From: Octopus sinensis
Lineage: Eukaryota
NCBI RefSeq assembly: GCF_006345805.1
Contig: NC_043000.1
Coordinates: forward strand, 19,964,001 to 20,028,000
Direction of reading: 5' to 3'
Length of the DNA stretch: 64,000 nucleotides
Positions 63,427-64,000 of the stretch are shown here, one piece after another (the first letter of the stretch is position 1; each line of letters opens with the position of its first letter). The notes beneath the pieces are model-generated. The model was not told the origin of the DNA. It saw only the letters and a program-made list of their open reading frames with translations, and ran no database searches. The translations under genes and the position numbers were made by a program.

Positions 63427-64000
63427 TTCGGATGGTGCTTTATATGTTCCACTGGCACAGGAGCCAGTTGGGGAGACTGGTATTGACCACATTCGGATGG
63501 TCTTTCTGTGTAGCACTGGCACCGACCCACACTTGAAGGTGCTTATTATGTGCCAGTCAGACGGCACTGGCATTAGCCACAACTACAATTTTCATCTTGA
63601 TTTGCTTTTTTGATTTTACTTGACTCAGTAAGTCTTCTCAAGAACAGCGTATCGCCCAATGATTCAAGGGTACTTTTAAAATGGGCTGGTTATATGACAC
63701 TGGTATAAGCTACGGCTGTGATCTCATTTTACTTGCTGGGTCTACTCAATCACAGCATATCTCCAAGGGTCTCCTTTGTCATTGCCTGTGTGAGGCCTAA
63801 CGTTCGAAGGTCGTGCTTCACCACCTCCTTCCTGGGTCTCCCTCTTCCACTGTTAGGATATGACACTTCACACAGCTCTCCTCATCTATTCACAGTTCTC
63901 ATCCATACACAGCACAGTCATCTCTCTTGTACACTACATCTGATGCTTCTTATGTCCAACATTTCTCTCAGGGCGCTTATACTCCGTTGTGTATGCACAC
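63427..64000 (-). mobile_element. RTE LINE 3' portion
   Basis: Reverse complement of the RTE 3' end seen at about 4480-4900 (gagaaatgttggacataagaagcatcagatgt..). Confidence 0.82.

Overview
AT-rich, microsatellite- and transposon-dense animal DNA. The SINE families and repeat landscape are typical of an octopus (coleoid cephalopod) genome; this is inferred from recognition, not a search. The one host gene is a TTC7-family gene (TTC7A/B-like, PI4KIIIalpha-complex scaffold) on the minus strand. Its first four coding exons (48809-48929, 21666-21814, 14039-14201, 11910-12162) splice in frame through GT-AG introns of about 27.0, 7.5 and 1.9 kb, and the gene continues past the left edge. Intron 2 carries an antisense hnRNP A/B processed pseudogene. 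The rest is a layered transposon record: RTE, CR1/L2 and Dong/R4-like LINE fragments, tRNA-derived and RTE-tail SINEs, three mariner relics, mariner/hAT/piggyBac-type MITEs, a Merlin (IS1595-like) transposase, an unassigned DDE transposon, two candidate solo LTRs, Penelope-like elements with decayed minimal hammerhead ribozymes, and two long palindromes. I see no clearly new biological system. The best leads are the hammerhead/palindrome elements, intronic inverted-repeat pairs that could be ADAR or circRNA substrates, the retrocopy, a local 232-bp templated duplication and the Merlin relic. Nearly all ORFs in the supplied track are artefacts of microsatellites or repeats.
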